NCBI GenBank assembly: GCA_951406725.2
Contig: OX597814.1
Coordinates: forward strand, 105,276,001-105,340,000
DNA from: Octopus vulgaris
Lineage: Eukaryota
Reading direction: 5' to 3'
DNA length: 64,000 nucleotides
This document shows positions 28,290 through 40,329 of this stretch, piece by piece (the first letter of the stretch is position 1; each line of letters starts with the position of its first letter). Position numbers and translations under genes: made by a program. Under the pieces are notes generated by a model. It was given only the letters and a program-made list of their open reading frames with translations. It was not told the origin of the DNA and searched no databases.

Positions 28290-28673
28290 TAGCAGTATCG
28301 CCCGGCGTTGCTCAGGTTTGTAAGGGAAATAACTATAAAGCATTTTTAGAGAGTTATAGCCAAAAAATAGCAAAAAAATGGAAAAAAAATGATGGTAAAT
28401 TTTTTTTGAGAGTTAAAACAGGTGGAGTTGCGTCCCCTAGACGGTCTGTGGTTTGGGTTTCTCATTCTCGACCCCATGTCGAATTTATCGATTTTTTTCA
28501 GAACTGGGGGAACTTTTCAAAATTTTCGCTGCGTTAGTTTTGAATTATGACATTGGGCTATGTGTGTGTCAAGTTTCATCAGAATCGGTTGAAAGCCGTG
28601 GTCAGAGTGAGGGTACGAGAAAACAGACACACAGAAACACGCACAGACAAACTGCCGTTTATATAGAGAGAGA
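28289..28673 (-). mobile_element. Non-autonomous Helitron-like element, copy 1
   Basis: Minus strand runs TC...hairpin...CTAG. It is inserted in (TA)n and is highly similar to 28901-29283. Confidence 0.65.
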
Positions 28674-28900
28674 TATATGTAATTATATTTGTATGTATAC
28701 ATATATATATATATATGTATATATATATATGTATACATATGTATATATATAGTCCCTTCCTGTATTTCACGTTCATTATATATAAAAACATTCATTTATA
28801 TATATATATATATTTATATATATATGTATATGTATATGTATATATATATACATATTTATATATATACATATATATATTTATGCATATATATATATATATA

Positions 28901-29280
28901 CTAGCAGTATCGCCCGGCGTTGCTCGGGTTTGTAAGGGAAATAACTATAGAGGATTTTTTAGAGAGTTATAGCCAAAAAATAGCAAAAAAATGGGAAAAA
29001 AAAGATGGTAAATTTTTTTTTTGATAGTTAAAAAGGTCGAGTTGCGTCCCCATGACCATCTGTGGTTTGTATTTCTGATTGTCGACCCCATGTCGAATTT
29101 ATCGATCTTTTTCAGAACTGGGGGAACTTTTCAAAATTTTCGCTGCGTTAGTTTTGAATTATGACATTGGGCTATGTGTGTGTCAAGTATCATCAGAATC
29201 GGTTGAAAGCCGTGGTCAGGGTGAGGGTACAAGCAAACAGACACACAGAAACACACACAGACAAACTGCTGTTTATATAT

Positions 29281-29283
<3 letters not shown>
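28901..29283 (-). mobile_element. Non-autonomous Helitron-like element, copy 2
   Basis: CTAG end with subterminal hairpin cccggcgttgctcggg, in the same orientation as copy 1. Confidence 0.65.
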
Positions 29284-29354
<71 letters not shown>

Positions 29355-29370
29355 ATATATATATATATAT

Positions 29371-29839
29371 TTGAGTAATTGAATGAATTATCTTATTAAG
29401 GATAACCGATACCTGGGTAGCAAATTCACATCAGAAAGAACACGGTTGAAGCTACGTCCCTAGGGCATAGACTACGTGTCTTCGTGCGGAAATTTGTATG
29501 TTTATTTTAAAATTATAAGTATATGAAAGAATGGAGTTGAACGACTAGTTAACAAATATCCTTTATTCTCGACATATGTTTCGAAGGCTGCATATTCCTA
29601 ATTCCGAGGGAATAAGGAGTACATTATGCAGATTTCTCATCAGGAAAATCAAGAAACTTATGTCGACATCAAAATGCACAAAAAACTTTTAGCTGACCGC
29701 TCTCAAGGAGCCCATGGCGATAATGAGTGTCACTTTATAATGAGTGACGTCAGAGTGGCTGAATGTAGAAGAATCTAGAAGTTTCTAAAGGTTCAAGAGT
29801 TCAAACGAAGTAGGAGGAGGGAGGCATAAGAATAGTAAG
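29371..29839 (-). repeat. 3' pseudo-LTR of the PLE
   Basis: Parts of it recur upstream of the ORF, both direct (32911-33042) and inverted (33044-33365), with few substitutions. Confidence 0.88.
29566..29648 (-). ncRNA. Type I hammerhead ribozyme in PLE pLTR
   Basis: ttttc-CTGATGA-long stem II (gaa/ttc, ctgcata/tatgcag, nested hairpin)-GAAA-catatg-TC-gagaa. Confidence 0.85.
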
Positions 29840-30212
29840 GTGAGAGAGTGCAGGTCAAAAGAATGGTGGGTTTAAATGATTTCTTTTGTGAATGAGTGCC
29901 TGTGGGTGTGACTGTATATAACTGTCTTAATGTGTGCATGTGTGTGTCTGAATGCGTGATGGTGTTTGTGGATGGGTAGATGTCAGAAAACTGACAGCTG
30001 TGAGGTGAAAGGTCTGTGTCTGTGTGTTCGATTATGTTTACTGTAGAGAAAGGAAAGTAGATAGCGAAAGGGAGAAAGTATCGAGCGAGGTGAGAGGCAA
30101 CGCAAGAATGGATAGTAGTAATTGGGAATATAAGAAAATCTTTTTGAATATTGGTTTGAAATATAGCAAAATAATTTATTTTGGGAAATTGAGGGGTTAT
30201 CTATATTATTCA

Positions 30213-32863
30213 CTATTTATATGAGTGAAAGGTGTGTCTTTTCCAGTGTAAACACCTGTAGGATCTTTCGACGATTGTGTTTATTAAAGGGCCCTTGGCG
30301 AACAAAATATGAAAAAGTTCGGAATTACAGATGCCACAAAATTTTCTGCCTTTGTCAAACGGGAAGGACACCGACAAAATGGACCATTTGAGCTTGAACG
30401 TAGTGTTATTGTTCTTCAGACGCCAGACTAATTTGCTTAGAACCGTGCTGTGTTGCTTTCTCTTATCTCTGAAAGTGAAATAATGGTTGGAGATCCTTTG
30501 GGCTAATTTAGAAGAGGTTGCACCAATATAGAAGTAGACATCGGTTCCAGAAGAGATTTTGCATTGGTAAGTGGTGTTTCTAATTTTGGAATTTTGGGAT
30601 AAGAACTTTAATCTGTTGGGGTTGGTTCCCGATACTAAGACAGAGTTTTTATTGTTGTGATGAGTGTAGAAATTGTTGCTGGCTTTGGCCACGATACTAT
30701 TCATCTTATTATCATTACTATTAGTTGTAATATCGTCGGCAAATTCCCTGGCTATAGGAATGCTGCGATTGTTATCATCAATAATATAACTGTTATTAAG
30801 AATGCTGGTACTATTACCACTAACACCACCACTGTTAATAATCTGGCTAATGTTATTATCATTATTACTATTGCTAACGCTAATGCTGCTATGAATGTTG
30901 CTAATATCCATACTACTTCTATTATTATTATTATTATTATTGTATGTTACGTTGGATTGGGTAAGGGCGGTGTCGCTACTCATGGGTGGAGAGACCCTAT
31001 TTAGCAGCTTATTATTGTGGGAAGCTATTATCTGCGAAAGATTTTTAGTATTTGAGAATGCTATTCTTACTTTATGCGAATTTATAGTGGAGTAGTATCT
31101 AGAATTCCTAGGAAAATTCTTATTAACGGCTTCACGGAATTGTAAAGGGAGATTAGACCTGATTTGTCTCCCAAAAGGAATCACAAACCAGATATAGTTT
31201 CTTTTGTTCCTGGAATGGCTGAGAGTGTTGACATTTACATTAAAGGGTATATTTCTGTGTTGTAGAATGGGTTTAGGTTTACGCTGGCCTCTCCTGGTTC
31301 GTAAGTTATTATTGTAAAATATATTTGTGTCGGCGTTGCTAGAGCTGAAATCACTATTTATGTTATTTATATTATTATTAGAAGTTATCTTATCTTGATG
31401 GGCAGATATTAGTTTAGGATGGGCCGGATCGATATATGATACCTTATCCCTATAACTGGCCTTTGATAAGGCGGCATTATAAAATTCTGCTTTCTGTTTA
31501 AAAATGTCGACATTTGCTGATAACTTAGATAGTCTTAAGGATATATTTTTAACCAAACTATCGGTGATAATTTTTGCATGGTTACTGAAAATACTGACAT
31601 ATTTTAGGTTCGTAGACGGCTTATGGTAAGGGAAGTAAGAAATATTATGCAAATTTAGGGTAACATCTAAGAAATTGGCCTTAGTTAGTTCGTTGTCAAA
31701 AATTATGCTCATGCCCATCCTGCTGAAAAATCTAACTAATCTATTTTTAGTCTTCTGTATCCTACTGTTAGGGGCATTCTGTAGGTAAAAAAGACAATCG
31801 TCTCGATACAGACAGCCGCAGATGTCCGGGAATTGGTCGGCTAATTCATATAGAATATAGATTCCGACCAAATCGGCTATCTGGGCGCTATCTGAGCTTC
31901 CCATTGGCACATCGATCGCGTTGGGAGTATCCTTACGGACCCATAACTTATCATCGAATTGAATGAAGGATTTTCTAGCGGCTAGAATTATATTAATTTC
32001 CTCCCTTGTCAGCCCTGCTTTTTTATGTGCGTGCCATAGGGCCTTATTGAGCACGATGGGGTTTATCGAAGAGTAGAAATTGGAAATATCGAATTGAATG
32101 AATTTAGTGCTATTTTTATTAGAAATGGAAGAGAACCATTCTACGACTTGAGTGGAGTTAGACCATATTTTGAGTTCAAGCTTATTAACTAATCTAGGTA
32201 TGTATTTATCTAAAATGTACTTACTTATAGAACCGATGTCGGAACTAGAAGGGCAAATGAGCCTTAATGCTGGGTTGGTTTGGAAGTTTGGTTTATGGTC
32301 CTTGACGATGAATCTTGGTTGCCTTGGGTTGAGTGTTGTGTTTTCATTTGCAAATCATGGGTAACCATGATTTTCTTAATTTCCAAGTTGGCTTTTCTAA
32401 GTGTATCCTTATTCGTAGTTCTGTAATTCTTCTGTATTTCCTTCTCGAGCAATTCTAAATACTGTTTTTTTGCTAGCTTGTATGTATTCCTGGTTTTATC
32501 TGATTGGACCAGGATAGCGTCTGAGCTGTTTATATCTTTGGTAATTTTGTTGAGGTATCTAAGGTGTTTATTCCTAAGGGGCGATTTACGGAATTTAACG
32601 CTCCTTACAATGTCCCACAAGTCGTCCTCAAATTTCTTCAGTCTGAGATTGGGTGGCGGTGTCTCCCTCGACTTGAATGGCTTCTTATATTCGGAAAATG
32701 TTTCTGTACCGTTCTGTTTTAAGTCCTCGTCATCATTGAAGAAAGCGAGCCATCTAATTCGGTTGATGAATGCATTTGTTTTGTTGACAATTTCCTTAAG
32801 GAAGGTTTCTTTTGGTGGTATTGGTATGTCCTTAAGGGATGCGTTAATCTCGAACAACTCCAT
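30213..32863 (-). pseudogene. PLE reverse transcriptase / GIY-YIG endonuclease (~883 aa if one 1-nt frameshift near 32350 is corrected)
   Basis: N-terminus ASLKDIPIPPKETFLKEIVNKTNAFINRIRWLAFF. The shifted frame continues open as ANENTTLNPRQPRFIVKDHKPNF...IQFDISNFYSSI...PMGSSDSAQIADLVG...LYRDD...NFLDVTL...YHKP...SNH. The endonuclease part is TYQC...YIGAT...RISNH...WSIL...CGICNSE...LIN...CLH. The span is 2651 nt, 1 nt short of a multiple of 3. Confidence 0.92.
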
Positions 32864-32910
32864 TTGCGGTATCTATTAAGGTAGCAGGATCTGGACGAAA
32901 CTGTATATGA

Positions 32911-33042
32911 ATATTTGAGTAATTGAATGAATTATCTTATTAAGGATAATTCGAAAGATAACTGATACCTGGGTAGCAAATTCACATCAGAAAGAACACG
33001 GTTGAAGCTACGTCCCTAGGGCATAAACTACGTGTCTTCGTG
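32911..33042 (-). repeat. Partial 5' pLTR, direct orientation
   Basis: atatttgagtaattgaatgaattatc...cgtgtcttcgtg matches ~29367-29486, apart from a short indel and 2 substitutions. Confidence 0.9.
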
Positions 33043-33043
33043 T

Positions 33044-33361
33044 CTTACTATTCTTATGCCTCCCTCCTCCTACTTCGTTTGAACTCTTGAACCTTTAGAA
33101 ACTTCTAGATTCTTCTACATTCAGCCCCTCTGACGTCACTCATTATAAAGTGACACTCATTATCGCCATGGGCTCCTTGAGAGCGGTCAGCTAAAAGTTT
33201 TTTGTGCATTTTGATGTCGACATAAGTTTCTTGATTTTCCTGATGAGAAATCTATATAATGTACTCCTTATTCCTTCGGAATTAGGAATATGCAGCCTTC
33301 GAAACATATGTCGAGAATAAAGGATATTTGTTAACTAGTCGTTCAACTCCATTCTTTCATA

Positions 33362-33365
<4 letters not shown>
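33044..33365 (+). repeat. Inverted pLTR segment (PLE 5' inversion)
   Basis: Reverse complement of 29518-29839 with about 4 substitutions. Confidence 0.9.
33235..33317 (+). ncRNA. Type I hammerhead ribozyme in inverted pLTR copy
   Basis: Same motif as 29566-29648 on the opposite strand, with substitutions in stem II. Confidence 0.82.
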
Positions 33366-33442
<77 letters not shown>

Positions 33443-33463
33443 CATATATATATATATTTATAC

Positions 33464-33498
<35 letters not shown>

Positions 33499-33742
33499 TG
33501 TATGTATGTATGTATGTATGTATGTATGTATGTATGTTTGTATGTATGTATGTACATGTGTATACACTACTGAGTCGAATAATGAGAAGAAGTGCTCAAT
33601 GTCGCATTCTTTTCTTGTGGATTAACAATACTTCTCATCCAACATGGAGGTTGCTTACTACCATTCCTAAGTGCAACGCTTGAAAAATTGCCGCACTTTC
33701 CTCATGAAACCATTTGTAGCGTTCTTAATTCACAAATAATGA

Positions 33743-33834
<92 letters not shown>

Positions 33835-33847
33835 GTATGTATATATG

Positions 33848-34105
33848 TATGAAAGAATTAATGAACGAATCTTTATTCTTTTACGACCATGAGGTTTCCC
33901 TGTATTTCTATCAACAGGCTTATTTACTTGTTGAATAACGGTGTGAGTGGTGGAGTATTCCACAGACAAGAGTGCTCTTAATGTAATTCTCAAGTATCAT
34001 CACGTGAAAAAGAACAGAAAAAAAACAGAAAGAAGCCGGTCCTTTGAATCGAACCTGGAGATTCATGATTGGCAAACCAATGCCTAAGTCATGACGATCC
34101 ACATC
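33848..34105 (-). mobile_element. Degraded tRNA-like head + HHR-like motif + PLE-like 3' tail
   Basis: B box GGTTCGATTC at ~34046-34055, then ttttcac-GTGATGA-...-GAAA-cctcatgg-TC-gtaaaa. The tail gaataaagattcgttc...attctttcata resembles the PLE pLTR tail. Confidence 0.4.
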
Positions 34106-34908
34106 AGAAAACATATTACAAAACACACACATTACATATATGTGTGTGTATATATAGATATATACATATATAGGTGTCAGCATTTGTTTCCATAGCATGT
34201 ATGTGCGTATATGTGTATGCGAGGAGGTGCATGCCCTGAGGGTTATACGGAGATACATACTCACACACGTATGAATACACATAAAGGCGAATACTTAGGC
34301 GCATACATATATACTCCTACATGCATGAATACTTACGTATATGCACACATACACACACACACACACACACACATACAAATACATACTCGCGTATGTGTTC
34401 GCATGTGTACCATACACACACACACATACATACATACATACATACATACATACACACCATTCATGTGCTTACATACAAACTCACACGCCGCCACACTCAC
34501 ACCCTCACGCACACCGGCAGGCGTTACCGAGTGTATTAATGTTTTCTAGACTTCCATCTTGCTAAACGTATATAACAACGTTGTACTATTTTCCATTACA
34601 ACCGACTCCATCATCCTTTCTGTCTGTCTGTCTGACTGTCTGCCTCTCTGTTTCTCTTCATCTTTTCCCTCTCTCCGTCCCTCTCTCCCATATTATCTCT
34701 CTATTTCTCCTACTAGTTTCCTATTTATTCTCCAGGCTCTATGTTATATCCGGATTTTTATGTCACCGAGGCCACTTCATTTCCTTCTCGGCTTCTTTTC
34801 CTTTCTGTCAACTCCATTCCGTATTGTTCACACATCGCCGCCATCTTCTAACCGTCAGTCAACTCGATAAAACACTCGCTTTCCTTCTGTTTATCACCGC
34901 CAACATTA

Positions 34909-34939
<31 letters not shown>

Positions 34940-34959
34940 AATCATCATCATCATCATCA

Positions 34960-35026
<67 letters not shown>

Positions 35027-35669
35027 TACTACTACTACTACTACTACTGACGTTGTTGTTATATGAGGTTTTGCCTTGTTTCCATCGCACACAAACTCCT
35101 ACTTGTACTCTCTGCTATATTTGATATTGTCATTTATATATTTATTTAGTTTTTACATGTTTTCTTTTGTGTGCTACTGTTTCATTTTTTTTCTTTTATT
35201 TATTTGTACTTTGGTTGTTTTTCTGTTTTTATTCTAATAATGTTGTTATCGTCATCATCGTCATCATCATCATCATCATCATTGTTGTTCTTGCTGCTGT
35301 TGTTGCCATTGTTTGTTGTTGTTGTTGGTGGTGGTGTTATTGTTGATTTTTTTCATTATCATTTTTCCTCAGTTTGGATTCACGTTTCCGATTTAAATCC
35401 AGATAGAAAAACAGAGACAACCTATTCTGTAGTTGTTATTATTGTTGTTCGTTTGTTTGTGGTTGACATAACCCTTAGGGCTTCGAACAAAATGCGTTGC
35501 GATATTTGTTCTGCTCTTCTACGATCTGAGTTCAAATCCAGCATTGGTCATCTTACCTATTTTCATTCCTCAGGGGTCGACAAATGAATCCCCAGTCATT
35601 TACAGGGGCTCGGGGGATATGGACTAAACGGTTTCCCTTAAAATGCTGGCATTGTGCCAACAGTTCGGT

Positions 35670-36095
35670 TAGGCTCTCATCGACATTTTTAAGTTCCACT
35701 TGGAAAAGAAAGTGAAAGTGGAGAGAGAAGTGTTACCTCCCAGGGAAATTGTGAACAGATAAGTAACGGTGGCAAAAATGGTTAGAATGATTCGTCTTAC
35801 ACTAAGTATGCGCCTGTAGATTGGAGAGTAACGGAGATGGCTCGTACCATTGGTGGTCAGGGTAATCCTGGATCTGTGGGGTTCCTTGATTGGCCCTAAC
35901 TGGAGTTTCTCCTGTTTCAGAAAGACTGCATCATACATGTTATCACAGACTTTGTATTCTCTGCATATTTTAATCGCATTTCGTTATCTTTTCCATTTCT
36001 TTCTCTCCATCCTTTTTGTAAATCCTCTCACAAATTGTTGTCTGTCTTTGTGATGTCACCCTCATCTATTCCCCTGTGGCTAATAAAAGAAAACA
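35670..36095 (+). mobile_element. L1/Tx1-like LINE 3' end
   Basis: KKVKVEREVLPPRE..VAKMVRM stop, a pyrimidine-rich 3'UTR and an AATAAAAGAAA end. Confidence 0.4.
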
Positions 36096-36184
36096 TCTCA
36101 TCATCACCATTATTATTAATTTGGTTTGGCTCAGGTTCGGTCTTATTCCTGGTCGGATTTATGTGGGTAAGGGGTAACCTTTGA

Positions 36185-36360
36185 GATGCACAAGTTTTCA
36201 GCAGTCTTTCAAGAACTAATCCTGGTTCACATTAAGAGACAAACTTTCGGTAGGAGCTCCAGTGGGCATTCTATTCCAATCTCCTTCAGCCATTTCTCTA
36301 TATCTTTGCTTACGGTTCTCAACACACCAGTTATAATAGGCACTACATTTACTCTTCGCA
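36185..36360 (-). mobile_element. Dong/R4-like 3' tip
   Basis: VNVVPIITGVLRTVSKDIEKWLKEIG, next to (TAA)n. Confidence 0.6.
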
Positions 36361-36362
36361 TG

Positions 36363-36442
<80 letters not shown>

Positions 36443-36447
36443 CATTA

Positions 36448-36492
<45 letters not shown>

Positions 36493-36506
36493 CATCATCA
36501 TCATCA

Positions 36507-36574
<68 letters not shown>

Positions 36575-36589
36575 TATTATCATTATTCA

Positions 36590-37985
36590 TACCACGTGCT
36601 TTCGTTGCATTACTGAGCACAGCTCTGTGTGCTGTGTGTATATGCTGTGGTTTATTGTGGTGCTCTTATTTTCACTGTATTGAAAGTGTTTTGCGTAGGA
36701 TGTGTGCAGTGCCTAGTAGTGCAATTTTCTGTATGTCATATATATTTGTAAGTCCTGGTGTTTTTGTTATGTATTTGTCTGAATATTTTTTATCATATCT
36801 CATGCGCCTACTATGATAGGAATTGTTTCTGTTTTTAGATTCCACATTCGAGTTACCCCTATTTCCAGGTCTCTGTATTTTGAAAGTGTCTCCGTTTCTT
36901 TTAGAGAAACATTGTCATCTGTTGGTATTGATACATCATCGATTAGAAAGGTATTTTCTTGGTGATCTCTGACGACTATATCCAGCCTATTGGTCTTAAT
37001 TTTTCTGTGTATTGGCATATGCCATAGTATGGTTGCTTTCTCGTTTTCTGTGACCTTCTTTTTTCTGTTGTTATTCCATAATGTTGGCATAGCTTCCAGT
37101 ATATGTAGGTCCCAACTCTGTCGTGTCTGTGAATATAATCCTTCTAAGCCAGGACTGGGCAACCAGAGATAATATGATTTATTGTTTCTTCTCCATCCCC
37201 ACATATTCTGCAGTTACTTGTATTTCTTTTCATTATATGTTTTTGGTAATTTCTGGCGGGAAAGCTTTGTTCTTGCGCTGCAATTAAAAATCCTTCAGTC
37301 TCTGCTTTGAGTCCTGAGCTTCTCAGCCATTGCTGAGATTTTGCTTTGTCTATTTCTTTTCTGTTTAGTTTAACCCAGCATTTGCCATCTAGGGGGGTTT
37401 TTTTGCCATCGTTTTACCATGATACGTTGCTGTTCCAGTTTTAGTTTGGATTTCAGTTGTTTTATAGCTTTTGTTGTTTCTTCTTTTTCTTCATAGTTGT
37501 TAGGTACTATGGCTTCTTTTTTTTTTTTTTGTATTTGTCAGCTTCCTTAAAGACAGAAAACACTTTTTTGTTTTGTTTGTGTTTTGTAGCTATTTGTATC
37601 AGTTCTCCTTGCTTCTGAAGTAGGTATTTCTGTAGTCCTATGGTGGTTATTTAGTAATAGTTTTCTAGCTGTATAAAGCCTCTACCACCTTTGATATGTT
37701 GTATATATAACCTTTTCTGACAGGTCGTTAGGGTATTTTCCATGAAGGAGTTTACCCTTCCAGTTGTTTTCGATATTCATGCAAGCCTTCTTTGCTTTGT
37801 TTTTACTATCTACAATTTTCTAATGAATTTAAGTGTTCTATTTCTGATATCTTTTTTTTTTGATTTGAGAATATATCTTCGTGTGTTAGCTAGTTTATTC
37901 GGGTTCATTGCTGTATCCAAATTTTTACCTAGGTTATTTTTCTTCCAGATTTTATATGTATGTGTTGCTGTGTTTTCGTTCTGTG
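36590..37985 (-). mobile_element. Dong/R4-like non-LTR retrotransposon 3' fragments (restriction-like endonuclease, RLE)
   Basis: ILWHMPIH..NRLDIVVRD..VSIPTDDNV..KYRDLEI..RMWNLKTETIPIIVGA and WKGKLLHGKYP. The 3' end abuts (TAA)n. Confidence 0.8.
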
Positions 37986-38581
37986 GGTAGAGCACAGCTG
38001 TAAAATAAGCGCGTAGGATTGAAATATATTTCTCGCGTGTCCATTTATGCGTTTTTAAAATTTATTTGCGGGACATGAGAAATAATGTCTGCCCTTTATT
38101 TTGATGGTCGTCATTTTCGTAGGGGACGTTCATTTCTGGTGTTAAATAGTTTTGCAGGTGTAGTTTTCTGTACTTTTTGTGTAACAAGTTTAAAGTACGT
38201 ACTTCCCGTTTGTTATCCTTGCGTTGAATAATACAAGTGTGATTTAGTCTATTTAAAACTTTTTTGTACATGCTGGTTTGGGACGGATCATAACGTGGCG
38301 AGCGTGTTTAAACGTGATTGTGCGAGCGATGGAGATGACACACAGTTAGAATGCATTATTTCGTTTGGAAAATGGACATAAACTTTTATGAGTATTACAT
38401 ACTCGGATATAGTCCGATACTTTTAATGAGCATTACTTACTCGGGTATTGTCTAACACTTTGTCAGTTATTTTAGGCTCCATATGATGTCTTTTTTTCCG
38501 ATGTTTTTGGATAGATTTCAGAACAGTATTTTATCGCTCTCACACATGTTAAACGTCTCCGGTGTTCTCCTTATTGTGTAT

Positions 38582-39013
38582 TTTCTTCTTCTTCTTCTTC
38601 TTCTTCTTCTTCTTCTTCTTCTTCTTCTTCTTCTTCTTCTTCTTCTTCTTCTTCTTCTTCTTCTTCTTCTTCTTCTTCTTCTTCTTCTTCTTCTTCTTCT
38701 TCTTCTTCTTCTTCTTCTTCTTCTTTCTTCTTCTTCTTCTTCTTCTTCTTCTTCTTCTTCTTCTTCTTCTTCTTCTTCTTCTTCTTCTTCTTCTTCTTCT
38801 TCTTCTTCTTCTTCTTCTTCTTCTCCCAGTTCTTTTCTTCTAGTTCTTCTTCTTCTTCTTCTTCTTCTTCTTCTTCTTCTTCTTCTTCTTCTTCTTCTTC
38901 TTCTTCTAGTTCTTTTCTTCTAGTTCTTCTTCTTCTTCTTCTTCTTTTTCTTCTTCTTCTTTTTCTTCTTCTTCTTCTTCTTCTTCTAGTTCTTTTCTTC
39001 TTCTAGTTCTTCT

Positions 39014-39044
<31 letters not shown>

Positions 39045-39132
39045 TTTCTTCTAGTTCTTTTCTTCCTCTTCTTCTTCTTCTTCTTCTTCTTCGTCTTCTT
39101 CTAGTTCTTTTCTTCTAGTTCTTCTTCTTCTT
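38582..39132. repeat. (TTC)n / (GAA)n microsatellite, ~550 bp
   Basis: Seen directly. Confidence 0.95.
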
Positions 39133-40089
39133 CTGTTTCTTGTGCTGCTGCTCCTCCCCCTCTTCCTTTTCTATCTCTCACTTCTCCTTCCTGTCGTCTT
39201 GAAACACCCCTACGAACTTTTAACCTTCATTATTCCGCTATTATCAAATGATATTTTAAGCGACAGAGTGTATGTTTCGGTTTCTCTCCATAATTAAAAT
39301 CGTGAACCTATTTACCCCAGAGCGCATTCCAGTATTCTTGCAGAATACTTTTACTGTTTAGATTAGAGAAATCCAGGTCTTTTTAACTTTTTGCACAAAC
39401 TTTGAGGTCATTCATATAACGCAGATGATTTATTTTCATTCCGGTTTTGGCAAATTCACAGGCAAGTCTGGATTTCATCAGTATGTTTGTTCCATTTCAA
39501 TTTTCGCGACAACATGTATATATACGTGTGTGTGTGTGTATACACATACACATGCATATATGTATGTATGTATGGGTGGATGGATGGATGGATGGATGGA
39601 TGAATGGATGGATTGATAGACAGATAGATAGACAAACAGACAGACAGACAGAGTCAGAAAAGCTGAAAGAAGAAATAAGAACGGAAATAAAGCAAGAATG
39701 GAAGGAACATGGTGGGGATACAGGAAGGGTTTAGATAAAACATGGAATGAAAAGAGAAAGGGAGCTGAGGAAAAATGGGAAAAAATGGAGGAAAAGAAGG
39801 AATGAAAAGAATGAATAACTAAGAGAAAGAAAGAAGGAAGGAAAGACAGGAAGAATTAACTGAGCATGGAATTCTCCAAGAAATGAAGAAGGAACAGAGA
39901 GACAATTAGTGACTTAATTAAAATAGCCGAGAAAAGAAAGAATTGCGAAGAATTTTGAAGACTAAAAGAGGAAATGTTTCTGACGAGTTTGCTGTTTTCC
40001 TGCTGACATTTTTAAGTTTGAGAAATAAATTGCATGTTCAGTTGTTGGAGAGTTTGTTTATATGTTTAGTTTTTGTAAAGTTTGTATTG

Positions 40090-40127
<38 letters not shown>

Positions 40128-40329
40128 GCAATAGTATTTCGTTTATGAATTTGTTCCGCAAATTTATGAAACATTCGTCAAATATATAATGCTCCCATAA
40201 TGTATTACTGGGGACTTTACTATCACATGTTCTGTATACTTTTTAATGACGAACGACGTTACGTTGAATATGTGATTTATACATTTCCCCGGATTGATAA
40301 ATAATATCCAGCATCATGAATAATCTGCG

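Larger units (their letters stand above)
29371..33365 (-). mobile_element. Penelope-like retroelement (Naiad-type), near full length, with 3' pLTR, partial direct 5' pLTR and inverted 5' pLTR segment, inserted in (TA)n
   Basis: RT + C-terminal GIY-YIG ORF. 32911-33042 is a direct copy of ~29367-29486, and 33044-33365 is an inverted copy of 29518-29839. An HHR lies in the pLTR. (TA)n flanks both sides. Confidence 0.93.

Noticed and set aside
32330-32365. Programmed -1 ribosomal frameshift
   Set aside because: There is no X XXY YYZ slippery heptamer in the overlap, and PLEs normally have a single ORF, so an indel is simpler.
30213-32863. Selenoprotein recoding (reported for some Naiad elements)
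   Set aside because: There is no in-frame TGA in the reconstructed ORF, the stop is TAG, and the break is a frameshift.
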